This document shows positions 13,041 to 25,502 of a stretch of 64,000 nt of DNA, piece by piece (position 1 is the stretch's first letter; every line of letters starts with the position of its first letter). Location: NCBI GenBank assembly GCA_003344405.1, contig NOWV01000175.1, positions 62,001 to 126,000 of the forward strand. Reading direction: 5' to 3'. Source of the stretch: Trichoplax sp. H2 (taxonomy: Eukaryota). Below the pieces are notes generated by a model. The model was given only the letters and a program-made list of their open reading frames with translations, was not told the origin of the DNA and did not search any database. A program made the translations under genes and the position numbers.

Positions 13041-16000
13041 TTACGGTCCCTGGCATTGGTCACAATTAGCAGAAACTGCGGGCTGGTGCTCTTCAACTTG
13101 TATGGTCGAATGGTGAATATCATATTTCTCACGAATTAATTTTGCTGCAGCCACCAATACTTTTTGATTTGAAATCGATTGATCTATAAATGGTATCATT
13201 ATCAAAAATCATCTTACTGCAACATACTGTAGTAGGACATGACCATACTGAAGTAAAAAACAAGGCATAAAAGGGACGGCAAGTTATAGTAATAATAATA
13301 TAATTAGTGTTTTTTTTGCAAATCCATCGGCCAGTACAAAAGAAAGAAGTAATCCTGTCTTAACGATCATCATTTAAAGCATGTTACCTATTGCAAGATG
13401 GACCGCTAATGCACATGTTGTGGTTGTAAGGCTCCAAAGATGCAAACTATGAGCTGTAGCAACCCCTTCTACACTTTCAAGATCTTTCTTAACGGCTTGA
13501 TAATCAATACTACTAGGAACACCTATACCAACATGATTACGTAATACGTTTATGGACGATAATTGTTAAATTAGTAGCAGCAACATATCAGCATAGTCAA
13601 TTCTAGACATCATTGTCCTAAGGACATTATAGTAGTATTTTCAACCATGACTATAATTAAATATTTCCGTTTATCGAAAAGGAGAATGGCATTACACAAG
13701 AATGATAATTACCTTCCATTAGGACAACCACCGTATCACGTAAGATACTAATTGTCGTTAATAAAACAATAAATGAGAAGATAAATGTGCATATCGGGTC
13801 GGCAATTTTCGCTTGAGGCTATTTAATGAAGAAGAACAACAAGACGATCATTACAATAACGTCATTAGGGTGCTATGGTCGATTATCATCCATATTGATG
13901 TGATAGCATAATATTAGGAATGTATTAAGTAAAATCAACTTACAACATATTTAATGACATAAGCAGCTATTAAGACTCCAATACTTTGTACAAAATCTCC
14001 AATAACGTGGATAAAAGCGGCTCTAACGTTAATATTTTTTTTATCGCCGTGAGAATGTCCATGGGAATGGCCATGCCCATGGGAATGGCCATGTCCACCC
14101 TGATGTAATATTTTACCTAAGCTTTAAATTGTTCAAGAATAAAATTGAATTACACAACTTATATACCGCATTTCTGCAACAGTAGTGATATACTTGTATT
14201 GTGACAAAGTTGAATTCAAGCTTACTTACAAATTGATATCTAGTTTACGACGTATACAGCAAATAGTGTACAATGTGAACGTTCAATGGTATACTGTACA
14301 ACTCAAATAGTCGAAATGCTGTAGATCTGACTTACACAATATTGATAGCGACGCCAGCACCAGCTGTTATAATCATAACATCAGCATCGATATTTGTTTC
14401 ATCAGACATTAAACGATGGACAGCAGCATAAACTAATATTCCAGTCATAATCCAAATGATAATGACCGATAATAAAGCACCTAGTACCTCTGAAAATTGA
14501 TAGTAAATAAACGAATAAGAAAAGGAATTGGTTGACTAGTTGATGATAGTAAAAAAAAGTCAGAACGTGAAATTATTCCATTATTTTGTTTTGCCATCAA
14601 AATGGTTAATATCGCTTACAATCCTATTCATAATTATCATTAATCGACTAATATACGAAATGATCGTGTACGACATCAATTGTACTTTTCAACGTCCATT
14701 TTTCTGCTCTTTGCTATGTTACAGTAGTATAGTGTAGTTACGATTTATCATTTCTATCCAAGCATAAGCGATACGGTTATGAAACTGCTAATTTAGGTTA
14801 GTGGCCATTAAAAGATTGAAATACTCGTAGGTCATTTTGATCCATCAATCAATCATTCATGACAAAGAGCAATCAATGTCGTGCATAGGAAAAAAATAAT
14901 TCAATAATGTCAAGATTGCATTAACTGTCAAGTACTGGTTGCGTAATCATCGAACACTTGTTGTACAGCTATAGTATGTTATTTTTTGCTTTTAATGAAG
15001 TACTCATGAACGGAAACAACTGAAAAGACATAGAAGAGATTGACAGAAGTACGAGAGAAGTAGTTGATCAAGAAGATTTCAAGTTATCAATAGTTAATTA
15101 ATGTTGAACTTTAATTTATTGTTTGTTTTAACCTGCTCGGTAATAGCCAAACGACATTCTCCTCGTCGGCCTTTTTTCCGACAGGTAGATCGCTAATAAA
15201 CTAATTAAAAAACTGGCAAAATCGGATAACATATGGGCAGCATCCGTCATAATAGCCAAACTACCGGCAAAATAGCCACCTAAAAATATATCAAAGAATC
15301 AAGTTAATGAATTTGATTGCTTTATTATTCCAAGTAGATAGAATACAGTAGGTCGAGTTTATTATGGAACAAAAATGTTGTTCTGGCCGTTATTGAGTTC
15401 GCCATGAAAGGAAATGGCATTCAGTGTAGGCCAAAAATGTCGAAAGAATAAACTACTGCAGAACAAAGCTATTTTACGTATTTTCTCTCCATGGAGGCTA
15501 TACTGTAATTTGCTATGGAGACGTAGCATCGGACTTGGTAAAAGGGATTCATGTTGAATTGGTACTCCAAGTAATCCGTTGCATTGATCGTAGCATGGAA
15601 TTAAGTTGGAGACGACGGCATTTTATAGGGTTTAGTGATTGAAATCATTGGGTCATGTAGGTTTTCAAGACAAAGTATACGACATAATGAGGGATTATAA
15701 ATTGTTTTTGAATTTGTAATTAAAGTAATCCGAGTTCAAAAATAAAATAGTGTTGAAATTGTCTTGTCAGGAAAAGAGTACCCAGGGCAAAAATGAAGAC
15801 TTTTTGACCTTTGTAATGGCTAGTACTGTAGACACGCAGTTGCATACAGGAATTCGACTAGATAAGATTGGATGAATATTATCTATCGACACTCTTATTG
15901 ATTATTAGCAACTAAACCATTTTCATTCTACTAAGTTGAATACCGTTGAGGTATTGTCGAATCCATGTTGAAAACGATAGGGGTCACTTTGAACTTGAAA

Positions 16001-17005
16001 ATATCCATGACACATGGTTGAATAGGATGAAATTCATCCATTGCCATGTAACAATCTATTGGTAATTGGGCACTATTTCAATGGATTGTAATTATACTGG
16101 TTTTGAGAAAAGGATGAAGGAATGGATTGGTATTGGTCTAGTGTTTTAACAGGTGATGAGCCCTTGCAATAACCCTGGAGCGTAAAAATGTGGCACGATT
16201 GATGAACTAGCGTTGTCATCCGATCGTCTTGTCCAGTACACTTGGTGCATTGGAGTCATGGATATCGATGGATCGATATAGAAGAATAACAACTCGAGCA
16301 TACTGCAACATTTCCATTTTTCTGCATGGATGAGAATGGCAATAACAAGTAGGAAAGGATGCAAACACAATGAAGGGGGCAAAAAAAAAATGTCGGAAGT
16401 CAGTCAATATTGTTGAAATTGAGTAAATAAATAATGTATTTATGGATAAGTATCTGGACAGGGAGCGTAGACGACGACCAGGATAAAATAAGGCAGAAGG
16501 ATGCCATGAAAAAAAAGGGAAAGAAAAAAACGAGTTGACAACGATACAATGACTTACCAATTACTTCACCGATAACAAATACAAAGCAAACTAATGAGGC
16601 AACCATTAGCCTGGTCTTGGCTTTCTTATTTCCACGATCGTTTTTTTGGTAGGTATGGCAATGATTACTATCCGATGGAAGCGGAATGGACGTTGAGGGA
16701 TGAGGATAGCGTCCGTTCTTGAAGACGATTTTGGCGTTATCACCGTCTAGTAATGGCGCAACATCGGAAATATCTGCTACAAATTCATCGTTACCCTCGG
16801 TTGGTGATCGATTTTGATACAGACCATGGCGAGGATCATAATAATGGTCTTGATTCTCTTGGTTTCGTGATAAGATTGGATTATTCATTTGAAGTGGTAA
16901 ATCGTGCCGACTCTTCACGTTGACAGCAATAGGGGATAGTTCAATCTGATTACTCTCGTCGGCGTTGTCGTCGTCGTCGTTACTCGACGTTACCATCAAC
17001 ATCAT
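13041..17005 (-). CDS. Cation diffusion facilitator zinc transporter, SLC30A2/3/4/8 (ZnT2-like) group, 7 coding exons
   Basis: Exons 17005-16558, 15279-15133, 14489-14336, 14121-13944, 13818-13713, 13522-13388 and 13183-13041 are phase compatible. Motifs: [23 protein letters not shown], His-rich loop [48 protein letters not shown]. Confidence 0.95.
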
Positions 17006-17077
17006 TGGTGTTTAAAATCTATGTATCACTTTGCCCTGCTTTGACAATACACACACACACCATTGGCACAAAAGACG

Positions 17078-17164
17078 ATTTCAATCCCTTGATCCACTGG
17101 AGCTACGAGAGGCAATTTCAATCCCTTGATCCACTTCGAGGCAATTTCAATCCCTTGATCCACT
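17078..17164. repeat. Three direct copies of ATTTCAATCCCTTGATCCACT just upstream of the ZnT start codon
   Basis: Copies at 17078-17098, 17115-17135 and 17144-17164. Confidence 0.85.
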
Positions 17165-17536
17165 TGAGCACTAAGCCAAGCGGGCTAGACCCTATCGATG
17201 GAGCTGGATGGACGTCCTACAAAAGTGGGTATTCTTCTTTTGGACCTTTTATGCTAGCAAATCGCTGGATGGCCGCGTACAATAGGAGAAAGTGCGGGGA
17301 GTCTACTGCATCATTTGCTTAATTAAATAGTTTTCATTTTTGTTGGTTTTGCAGCAAGGATGATGGATGAAAATAGCCCTGTCAACACATTCGACTAGAA
17401 GGAGAAGACTAGGACATTTTGCAAAAGAAGAACAATATCAACAAGGTTAGCAAGGGAGAGGATTACAATTGGACTTGTGGACTTTGACACAATTGGCCTT
17501 TTGTTTTGTCCAACGCGGGAACACCCATTGTATGGA

Positions 17537-17635
17537 GAGAGTCCAGCCCACGTGACTCGTAGGTTGTATAGAGAGAGAGAGAGTACAACCCACGTGACTC
17601 GTAGGTTGTATACTGTACATACTGTACAGTATACT

Positions 17636-17673
<38 letters not shown>

Positions 17674-17731
17674 CAACCCACGTGACTCGTAGGCTGTGTA
17701 CAAAGTCAGAGAGTACAACCCACGTGACTCT
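17537..17731. promoter_or_regulatory. Four repeated E-box modules (CCCACGTGACTC; GAGTCACGTGGG on the minus strand) interspersed with (GA)n
   Basis: CACGTG at 17549, 17591, 17679 and 17721 in near-identical context, with a (GA)n tract at ~17640-17671. Lies between the divergent ZnT and CDK5RAP3 genes. Regulatory function is inferred. Confidence 0.6.
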
Positions 17732-17955
17732 ATCTGCAAAGAGAGAATCATAAAAGTACACCCTACAGTATAGCAGCTCTGTCAGGAATGAGTAACTCCA
17801 TGACATTATATAGTATCTACTGTATGTACAGTAACTGTACAGTACCGTAGTGCTTCGATAATTACAGTACAATACAGTGTACAGTACAGTGTACAGTACT
17901 GTAGATACTGTACTGTAGGTAACATTACCATTGTATCGAAATTGGATTGCGCAGG

Positions 17956-18000
17956 GTCTGGTCGGTCTGGTCCGATCTGGTCCGGTCCGGTCCGGTTCGG
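17956..18000. repeat. GC-rich pentamer microsatellite (GGTCY)n
   Basis: ggtctggtcggtctggtccgatctggtccggtccggtccggttcgg. Confidence 0.8.
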
Positions 18001-18382
18001 TACAGCCTTCCTTTTTCCTCGTCGTCCTTGGTAAAGTGGCAAAGCCTAGAGGGTAAATAGAAATCATTCATTAACTGGCGGTCAAGAGCAATTCCCATTG
18101 CTCAGTATACCTTGAAACGATTGCATCAATTAGCCATTGCCTAAAATTAAAAGCACCTTGGCCAACTTTCATGATATTACGACAAGTGCCATCACTATAG
18201 TACTAGGCAACGGCGAGCTAATCTGAACGGATGAAAGAGAGAGACTGACGATTGCCTGACTGCAAGTGGATTCAATACTGACCGAGAGAAAACATTGATC
18301 GGCATCATTCAACCCATACAATCGTCTAAGTTCAAATTCAAAATCGAAATAGACATCGTCATCAGTCATCAGGGACGACAAA

Positions 18383-21300
18383 ATGGTAGGTTCAATTTTT
18401 CAAGCGTTCTTCCATATTCATAGAAGGGATGCATTCGATATCCTATTCTCATTGCAGTACAATCATGGTATGCTTAACGTACAGTATTTCTCCTATCCAT
18501 ACTCTATCTAAACACTTGATTTTGTATCAACCTTTGAATCGCTATAGAGTCGAAATCAAGCAGCTACGCCGGAAGCAATCATCCCTATCGATATTCATTA
18601 TAGCAAATTATTAGGTAATAGCAGACTCTTCTTACACTCCACCTTGCAGTCAATTTAACTTCAGAATGGCGATATGATAGTATCCATCATACAGGTCTTG
18701 GATACATCGTTGAATCGATAAATCGATCCGTATTAGTTTGAAGACTGTAGGTAGCGATGTACAATATCGATTGGAAGAAATAGGATTACGATCAGATCGA
18801 TCCCTGTTAGTTGAAAGACTGTAGGTAGCGATGTACAATATCGATTGGAAGAAATAGGATTATGATGAGATCGATCCCTGTTAGTTGAAAGACTGTAGGT
18901 AGCGATGTACAATATCGATTAGAAGAAATAGGATCACGATCAGATCGATCCCTGTTAGTTGAAAGACTGTAGGTAGCGATGTACAATATCGATTGGAAGA
19001 AATAGGATTACGATCAGATCGATCCCTGTTAGTTGAAAGACTGTAGGTAGCGATGTACAATATCGATTAGAAGAAATAGGATCACGATCAGATCGATCCC
19101 TGTTAGTTGAAAGACTGTAGGTAGCGATGTACAATATCGATTAGAAGAAATAGGATCACGATCAGATCGATCCCTGTTAGTTGAAAGACTGTAGGTAGCG
19201 ATGTACAATATCGATTGGAAGAAATAAGATTACTTGTCTTGAAGTTGCTCCATTNNNNNNNNNNNNNNNNNNNNTCTAAACACTTGATTTTGTATCAACC
19301 TTTGAATCGCTATAGAGTCGAAATCAAGCAGCCACGCCGGAAGCAATCATCCCTATCGATATTCATTATAGCAAATTATTAGGTAATAGCAGACTGTTCT
19401 TCCACTCCACCTTGTAGTCAATTTAACTTCAGAATGGCGATATGATAGTATCCATCATACAGGTCTTGGACACATCGTTGAATCGATAGATCGATCCCTG
19501 TTAGTTGAAAGACTGTAGGTAGCGATGTACAATATCGATTGGAAGAAATAGGATCACGATCAGATCGATCCCTGTTAGTTGAAAGACTGTAGGTAGCGAT
19601 GTACAATATCGATTGGAAGAAATAAGATTACTTGTCTTGAAGTTGCTCCATTGTAGTTGGAAAAGCGATGATACTCTACGTCATCCTTTTAATCAAATAC
19701 TCCAAACTAATCAAATGATCGTGAAGTACAGTATACCATCGTGTTTATTCTACACCTCTACTATGTACTCGTATATTCCACTTCATCGTTTCAAACAGCA
19801 CATACAGTATATTGCCTGGAAAGTGTTCAAAGCAAATTTGACTTGAGTAGCCCCTGGTAGAGACGTTTATAATATCGTAGATTACAATACACTGACACCA
19901 TCAGATAATGATGTTTCTTAAAGTCAAGACATATTACACCTGAAAATAAAGCAAAAAAATCCATTATCATTCCAGATTGGCTTATTGATAGGAAGCATTG
20001 CAAAGGTGATTGGAGGGATCAAACGCTACAAATTCGAGAAAAAATCAACAATGCTATTCAAGATATGCCCGAAAACGATGAAATTAAACAGCTGTTATCT
20101 GGCACTTGTAAGTAGTAATGAAGATAATAAAGACGTAGAGAACATCGTACCAATATTGAAAGCAATGGCAGGAGGTCATAGCCCTACTTTCAATCCAATA
20201 GTATTATTCTTTGGATAAGTCGTTGACATAGAGCAGTTAATAACAGTACTACATGCCTTATGGAGAGTCTACTACACCATTGTACATTGATCAAACTCTG
20301 TATCATAATTCTCTTTCAGCACAAATACTGTATATCTTTAATCAAGAATAGAGAGGTTCAAGATCTCCTTTATACGCGTATGATAGCATTGATAATTGTT
20401 ATTAATCAATCGTCGCAACCTATCGGTAGTCCAGCTAATTCTAACAAACATCAACGGATGTAAATAAATTTCTGCCAAGATCGCCTATTATACGAGTTTT
20501 ATGTCATATCAATAAGCACTACTTATTTTTCTCGCTCACTAGATATTCATTATTTTCATTGCCTAAAAATTATCGAAGTATTAAAAATATCTGAATCTGC
20601 CACTAAAAATATATTCGGACGATATTCTTCAAAAAGGATGAAGGTAATGCTGTACAGCGATTATGATGATTGATTGTCTATTTTTACCAATGACTGTCTT
20701 TATAGATAATCGTTATGATGATTATTGCGATTGTGGCTATCATGCCTCCCTAATTCATAATAGTTTAGTCAACGTATAATGTCATAACTATAAAACAGCT
20801 TGCTTCGTATTTATTATTTTTAAGGATTGGCAACAAATCGTAGCCATGTATGAAGCAGATAGCATCGGATTAGGTACATCTCCACTTCCATTTAGGTGTA
20901 TTAACCGACATGGTGTAGTACACGTCATGTATCAGCCACAAAAATTCAATAGTATAATCAAAATCGACTTTATTAACGTGATCACTTTGCATTGACTTTA
21001 CTTGTGTAGCCGAAGCAGCCGATATGTTGATGAGAAATGTGAACTATGAAATTGCAGCTTCCAAAAAAAACATTGGAAAGTGTCAACAACAGCTTAGGGT
21101 AAATTACCTACATTGTGTTATACTTACAGTATTCTACATTCAATGGAATTCAAATGACCTCTTATTTTTACTGATGTTACTACCACCAATACAATAGCTG
21201 ATGGTCTTGGATATAATATAATTATAGGACTTAACAAGGAAAGAAAGCGAATATACATCAAATGCTAGTATATTCCGGAATAAATTTTTACAGACTTGCA

Positions 21301-23288
21301 AACAAATTGGAATCCAGGTATCTGCATTCGAATGTAATTGTTCTCTTGCTACTGTACGTCTACGTTAGGATTAACAACCGAGTAAACAGCTCTTATTAAC
21401 CCAACATAGTGAACATCATAATAAACTACTACTGCGTTTTTGCAATTGACAGGGTAAAAATATCAAAGCTGAACTCAATGAACTGTTGCAGACATTACCA
21501 GAACTTTATGACGACTTAGTAACAGATTCCAAGCAACTGAGTAAAGCCTACGAATTTTATCGAGCTTTTGTTACCTTTTTAGATGATTCGTAAGTGAAAA
21601 TGCTTAATTATGTTCGTGCTTAACCTAATAGCATCTGAAATACTCAGCCCCAGAACCAGTAGCTAATAGTCATTAGTCAATATTTTGACTAAAAGGTCTA
21701 CTTCTTTCCATTCATTTGAATGAATCTTTTGATAGCAATGGAGAAGGTAAACAATTAGATATTTTACCATTACTAAAGTGCATCATCAATAAAGGAAACA
21801 TTACAGTTTATGAATGGAAAACTGGCCAGCCTCCTCCAGTTAGTTAAATTCATGAGTTCTCTCAAAACTTTCCAGAACTCTTTGGCCTTCATCACGCTTT
21901 CAATTAATAATTCTATATTTTCTCTTAAAAAGGAAAAAGCACTCATGACGGCTCGTGCTAAAAATCAACAAAAGTCTGAAGCAGATCCAGCTACTGTAGG
22001 CGGTTTTATAAACTAGATTTAGCACGATTGATATTTATCAAATCTATAGTCATATCTTACTTGATCTATGTCAGGATACTATAGACTTTGGTGACCTGGA
22101 TTTAACCACCGGCTCGCCTGACACAATCGATTTTGGCGATTCAAATACGATCGACTATGGAGATTCAAATGCGATTGACTTTGGCGATAATACAAACGAA
22201 ATTGATTTTGGAGATGAAAACAATGCAATTGACTATGGTGATGAAATTAATTTTGACATTAGCGTTGAAAACGGCGATACTACATCTAACAACCAAGAAC
22301 AAAGTAAATATTACTAGACATGATTACAGCTACATTTGCAATTCATTGAAACTTATTTACTGATGTTGACTTATATTTGATTGGTGTAATGTTAATTGCA
22401 GGCTCTACGATCGATGATCAAGATTTAATGACTATTTTAGATGATACTCGTTCAAGAAATTGTTTTATTGACAATTTAACAGAAGTAAGACTCAAAATCG
22501 AAGATTGTAGATGCATTATCATTGCCACAACGCGATTATAAATCCATTATGTTCGTTCTGTATATAATTAGTTGCAGGGTTTCTTTAAGCAACGCGTAAA
22601 TGAAATGTCCGAAGAAGCTAATATAGTCTCTGTTAACCAGGTTTGCATATGTATATGGCATGTACTAATTTCTAAAATTTTAAGCAGTTCGCTAATAAAT
22701 GATACTAAAATGATGCATTAGTTTCAAGACGCTCCACGACAATTGCAGTTGACCTCAACAGAAGAAATATCTTCAATGAAATCAGTTGTAGACAGTATTT
22801 TAGAGAAGCTGACATCCGTTAAAATGCAACACCTGTTCTTGATTAAAACTTCGGAAAGGTAAAAATCGCCCAAATTTCTTCTTACCTTTGCAAAAATTTC
22901 CGCTATAGTACAGGCATTGATACATGATGTATCACATGTTCGGATTTCACTGTAGATATGTCGATCGTTTAGCCGAATCGTTAAAGCAAAAAGAAAATCT
23001 AGCAGAAAAAATGTTAGAATCATTAAAAAACTCGCAGGAGCGTCGTGAGAAAATTAAAGAGCAACTTATTGAAGCAGAGCCCAAGCTTAATAATCTAATA
23101 GCAAAAACTAAAGAACTTCAAACTGAAGTAAGCGATAGAGCTACGCGCTGCTAATTTGTTTATTTGATTTGTAGCTCACAGTTCGTATCAAATACTTTCT
23201 ACTGCTTTATAAATAGGTTGCCGCCGAGTTATCAAAGCGATACCAAAATAGGCCAGTGAATATAATGGGAGAAATCAATTTAATTTAA
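18383..23288 (+). CDS. CDK5RAP3: CDK5 regulatory subunit-associated protein 3 (C53/LZAP; UFMylation and ER-phagy adaptor), multi-exon
   Basis: Exon translations: IIPIDIHYSKLL|D (18548-18614, duplicated at 19316-19382), DWLIDRKHC...IREKINNAIQDMPENDEIKQLLSG (from 19976), TKNIFGRYSSKRMK, RNVNYEI, KGNITVYEWKTG, final VAAELSKRYQNRPVNIMGEINLI* (TAA 23286-23288). The start is an ATG-terminated exon at 18383 or 18465 (uncertain). Confidence 0.95.
18720..19232. repeat. 74-bp intronic minisatellite, 7 copies
   Basis: GACTGTAGGTAGCGATG recurs at 18743, 18817, 18891, 18965, 19039, 19113 and 19187 (period 74). Confidence 0.95.
19255..19274. other. Assembly gap (20 N)
   Basis: Run of n characters. Confidence 1.
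19275..19652. repeat. Second copy of segment 18507-19254 (CDK5RAP3 exon plus minisatellite with only 2 units)
   Basis: Both copies start TCTAAACACTTG and end GTTGCTCCATT, with a few substitutions (e.g. GCT/GCC). Repeat anchors at 19511 and 19585. Confidence 0.95.
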
Positions 23289-25502
23289 CCTTCTATGGCA
23301 AACTCTTTTCATTAAAGTTACTTTCCAACATCGATATCGTTACAGTTATCACTAAGTAAAGGTCTACAGTGAATTGAATATATACTATCATTACAAAGTG
23401 TACAAACATCACTATAAAAGCTTTATAATAGATTACAGTCATCTGATGCCCATTGCAATCTAGCTCAACAAAACGTTTTATAGTTCTTATTGTAAAATAT
23501 GTTGCTAAACCTACTACAATTCACGACAGGCCTCGATCATATACTAATATCTACCTACATATACATTACATTACACTGTAATTAGGTAGTTATCGATCAT
23601 TTTCAATCAGTTATGTATCTCTTATATACGAATAATAAAAATTGATTTGCTAACCTTAGCTCGATTACAACGTTGCATAGGAAATGTACGAATGATCTTT
23701 CATCCATCGGCTCGATTCTACTAGCTTAACATAAAATTGTAAAAGAACTAGCTTTTAATCTTATTGCAATATTATGAATGGGGTAATGGGTACTTTAGGA
23801 GTTATACAAATTTGCATTTTACATTAGATGGTTACGCTTAGAATAGATGATCATTCCCAAATATTGACTTAACCGAGTATTGCACAAAGTTTTATTATTA
23901 CTCGTACCCATTTAATTTATTGCCTTCACGAGGATTGACGGACTTATTTCCAATTGCAACATAATTTTATAAAGATAAAACTAAGATTTTGCATAATGAA
24001 TTGGTAGTCTGGAATTATACAGTACAGTAAAAGTACACTGCAGACACTATGTATTCTCATATGTATTGAGTAATATTAAATATAACTTTATACTACTACT
24101 GTGAATACGTATGCATTTTATACAGTTACACTATAACTAGCATGATCTGTAGTAACTTGCTATCGGTAAGCTTTACACCCTCGCTTATCCTGAAACTTAC
24201 TTATAATATAGGAATTAGTGAAAGATGTTGAAGAAATTGGTAGACATAAATTTTAGTAACCATTCGATATTAACACCAGACGCATATGGGTAAGGTATAC
24301 AAGTACTTCGGACGCGCTAAAATGAAACGGACAATAGTTTCAGCTTTTTTCTTTATCGATCCATTAAGTCGACTATCACAATTGATCCGATCGGGCTTTA
24401 TATGAAGTATTGCAGTAAAGGTCAAGATATTTTGTAGTGGATTACAATTACTTATATTCGCCACAAGTAACATGTAGCTAGTATGTAGCTATGGCTATAA
24501 ACGAATTACAATTACTTATGCTCGCTACAAATAGCAGATGTAGCTTTGAAATTTCATCAAATGTTCAAAATTTGAAGTCTAAAATCAGCAGGTATTTATT
24601 TGGGTAACTGATACACAGCAGAAATATCACTTTCAGGTATCGAGTGTTATAAATAATCGGGGTAATATTCATTTTAAGATAATACAATATTATATGACCA
24701 AGATAATCGCGCATCTGTTTCTCTTATCAACAGCATTATCCTACCTCTGCAAATTCTTATCATGTTATTCCATAAATATCGATCGAAAATAGAATAAACA
24801 CGCAAGAAATAGTTATCTACAATATTATCTCTGAATAATTAACCAATCAGTGATATAATAGGACCCTAAAATAACTATACAATATTCATTCAACTTAAGC
24901 TGAATAATGCCAAAATACGTATTTACATTACAGGAGTAAAAATTATTGAAATGATCATCAGTGTTAAAACAAATTTCTGCTGTTACACACTACAAGATGG
25001 CTCTGTTATTGATAGCATCTAAGTCAAACACAATGATTGAAACATAAACTAGAATGTAGCTTAAAAATTAGGACAGTAATTGTACTCTATAGACATGAAG
25101 GTAATTAAAAACGTAGTTGCTAACGCTAAAAAATTGACAATTTTTTAAAAAGTTGAGAAAAATAGTTTGTAATTAAGTTACTACCATAAATCAGCAATAG
25201 ATACAGTCAATGAATACATCTGCTAAACCATTGATCTACCAAGTCAACGCGTATACACCAAGGTTAATTTAGGGATCAAATCGAACACTGAGCAAAAAAT
25301 TCAACACGATCGCATGATCAAGATATACTCCAATAATACTATTAAAATCAATAGAATCTTGTTTGAGTAGATTGAAAAGCACTAGTCAGCATAATATCAC
25401 TTAACTATTATCTTTGTACATTACAAGATTGGGATTAAGTATTTAGTGAAATATTTTCGGATTGCGTGATCCAAATTGCCTTTACAAGTCAAGCAGGTAA
25501 AA

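Noticed and set aside
17078-17164. CRISPR-like direct repeats beginning ATTTCAATCC
   Set aside because: Only three copies with 16- and 8-nt, partly repeated spacers, no cas genes, and a eukaryotic intron-containing context.
17447-18067. 206-aa ORF and overlapping shorter ORFs
   Set aside because: Translation of (GA)n, GGTCC and TACAGT low-complexity promoter DNA; no protein-like features.
18720-19630. Regular repeat array as CRISPR, and the two near-identical 62-aa ORFs (18650-18838, 19418-19606)
   Set aside because: Units are head-to-tail with no unique spacers. The ORFs are antisense by-products of an intronic minisatellite.
22133-22363. 76-aa ORF with a repetitive M/L/T pattern
   Set aside because: Wrong-frame reading of the CDK5RAP3 IDFGD-repeat exon.
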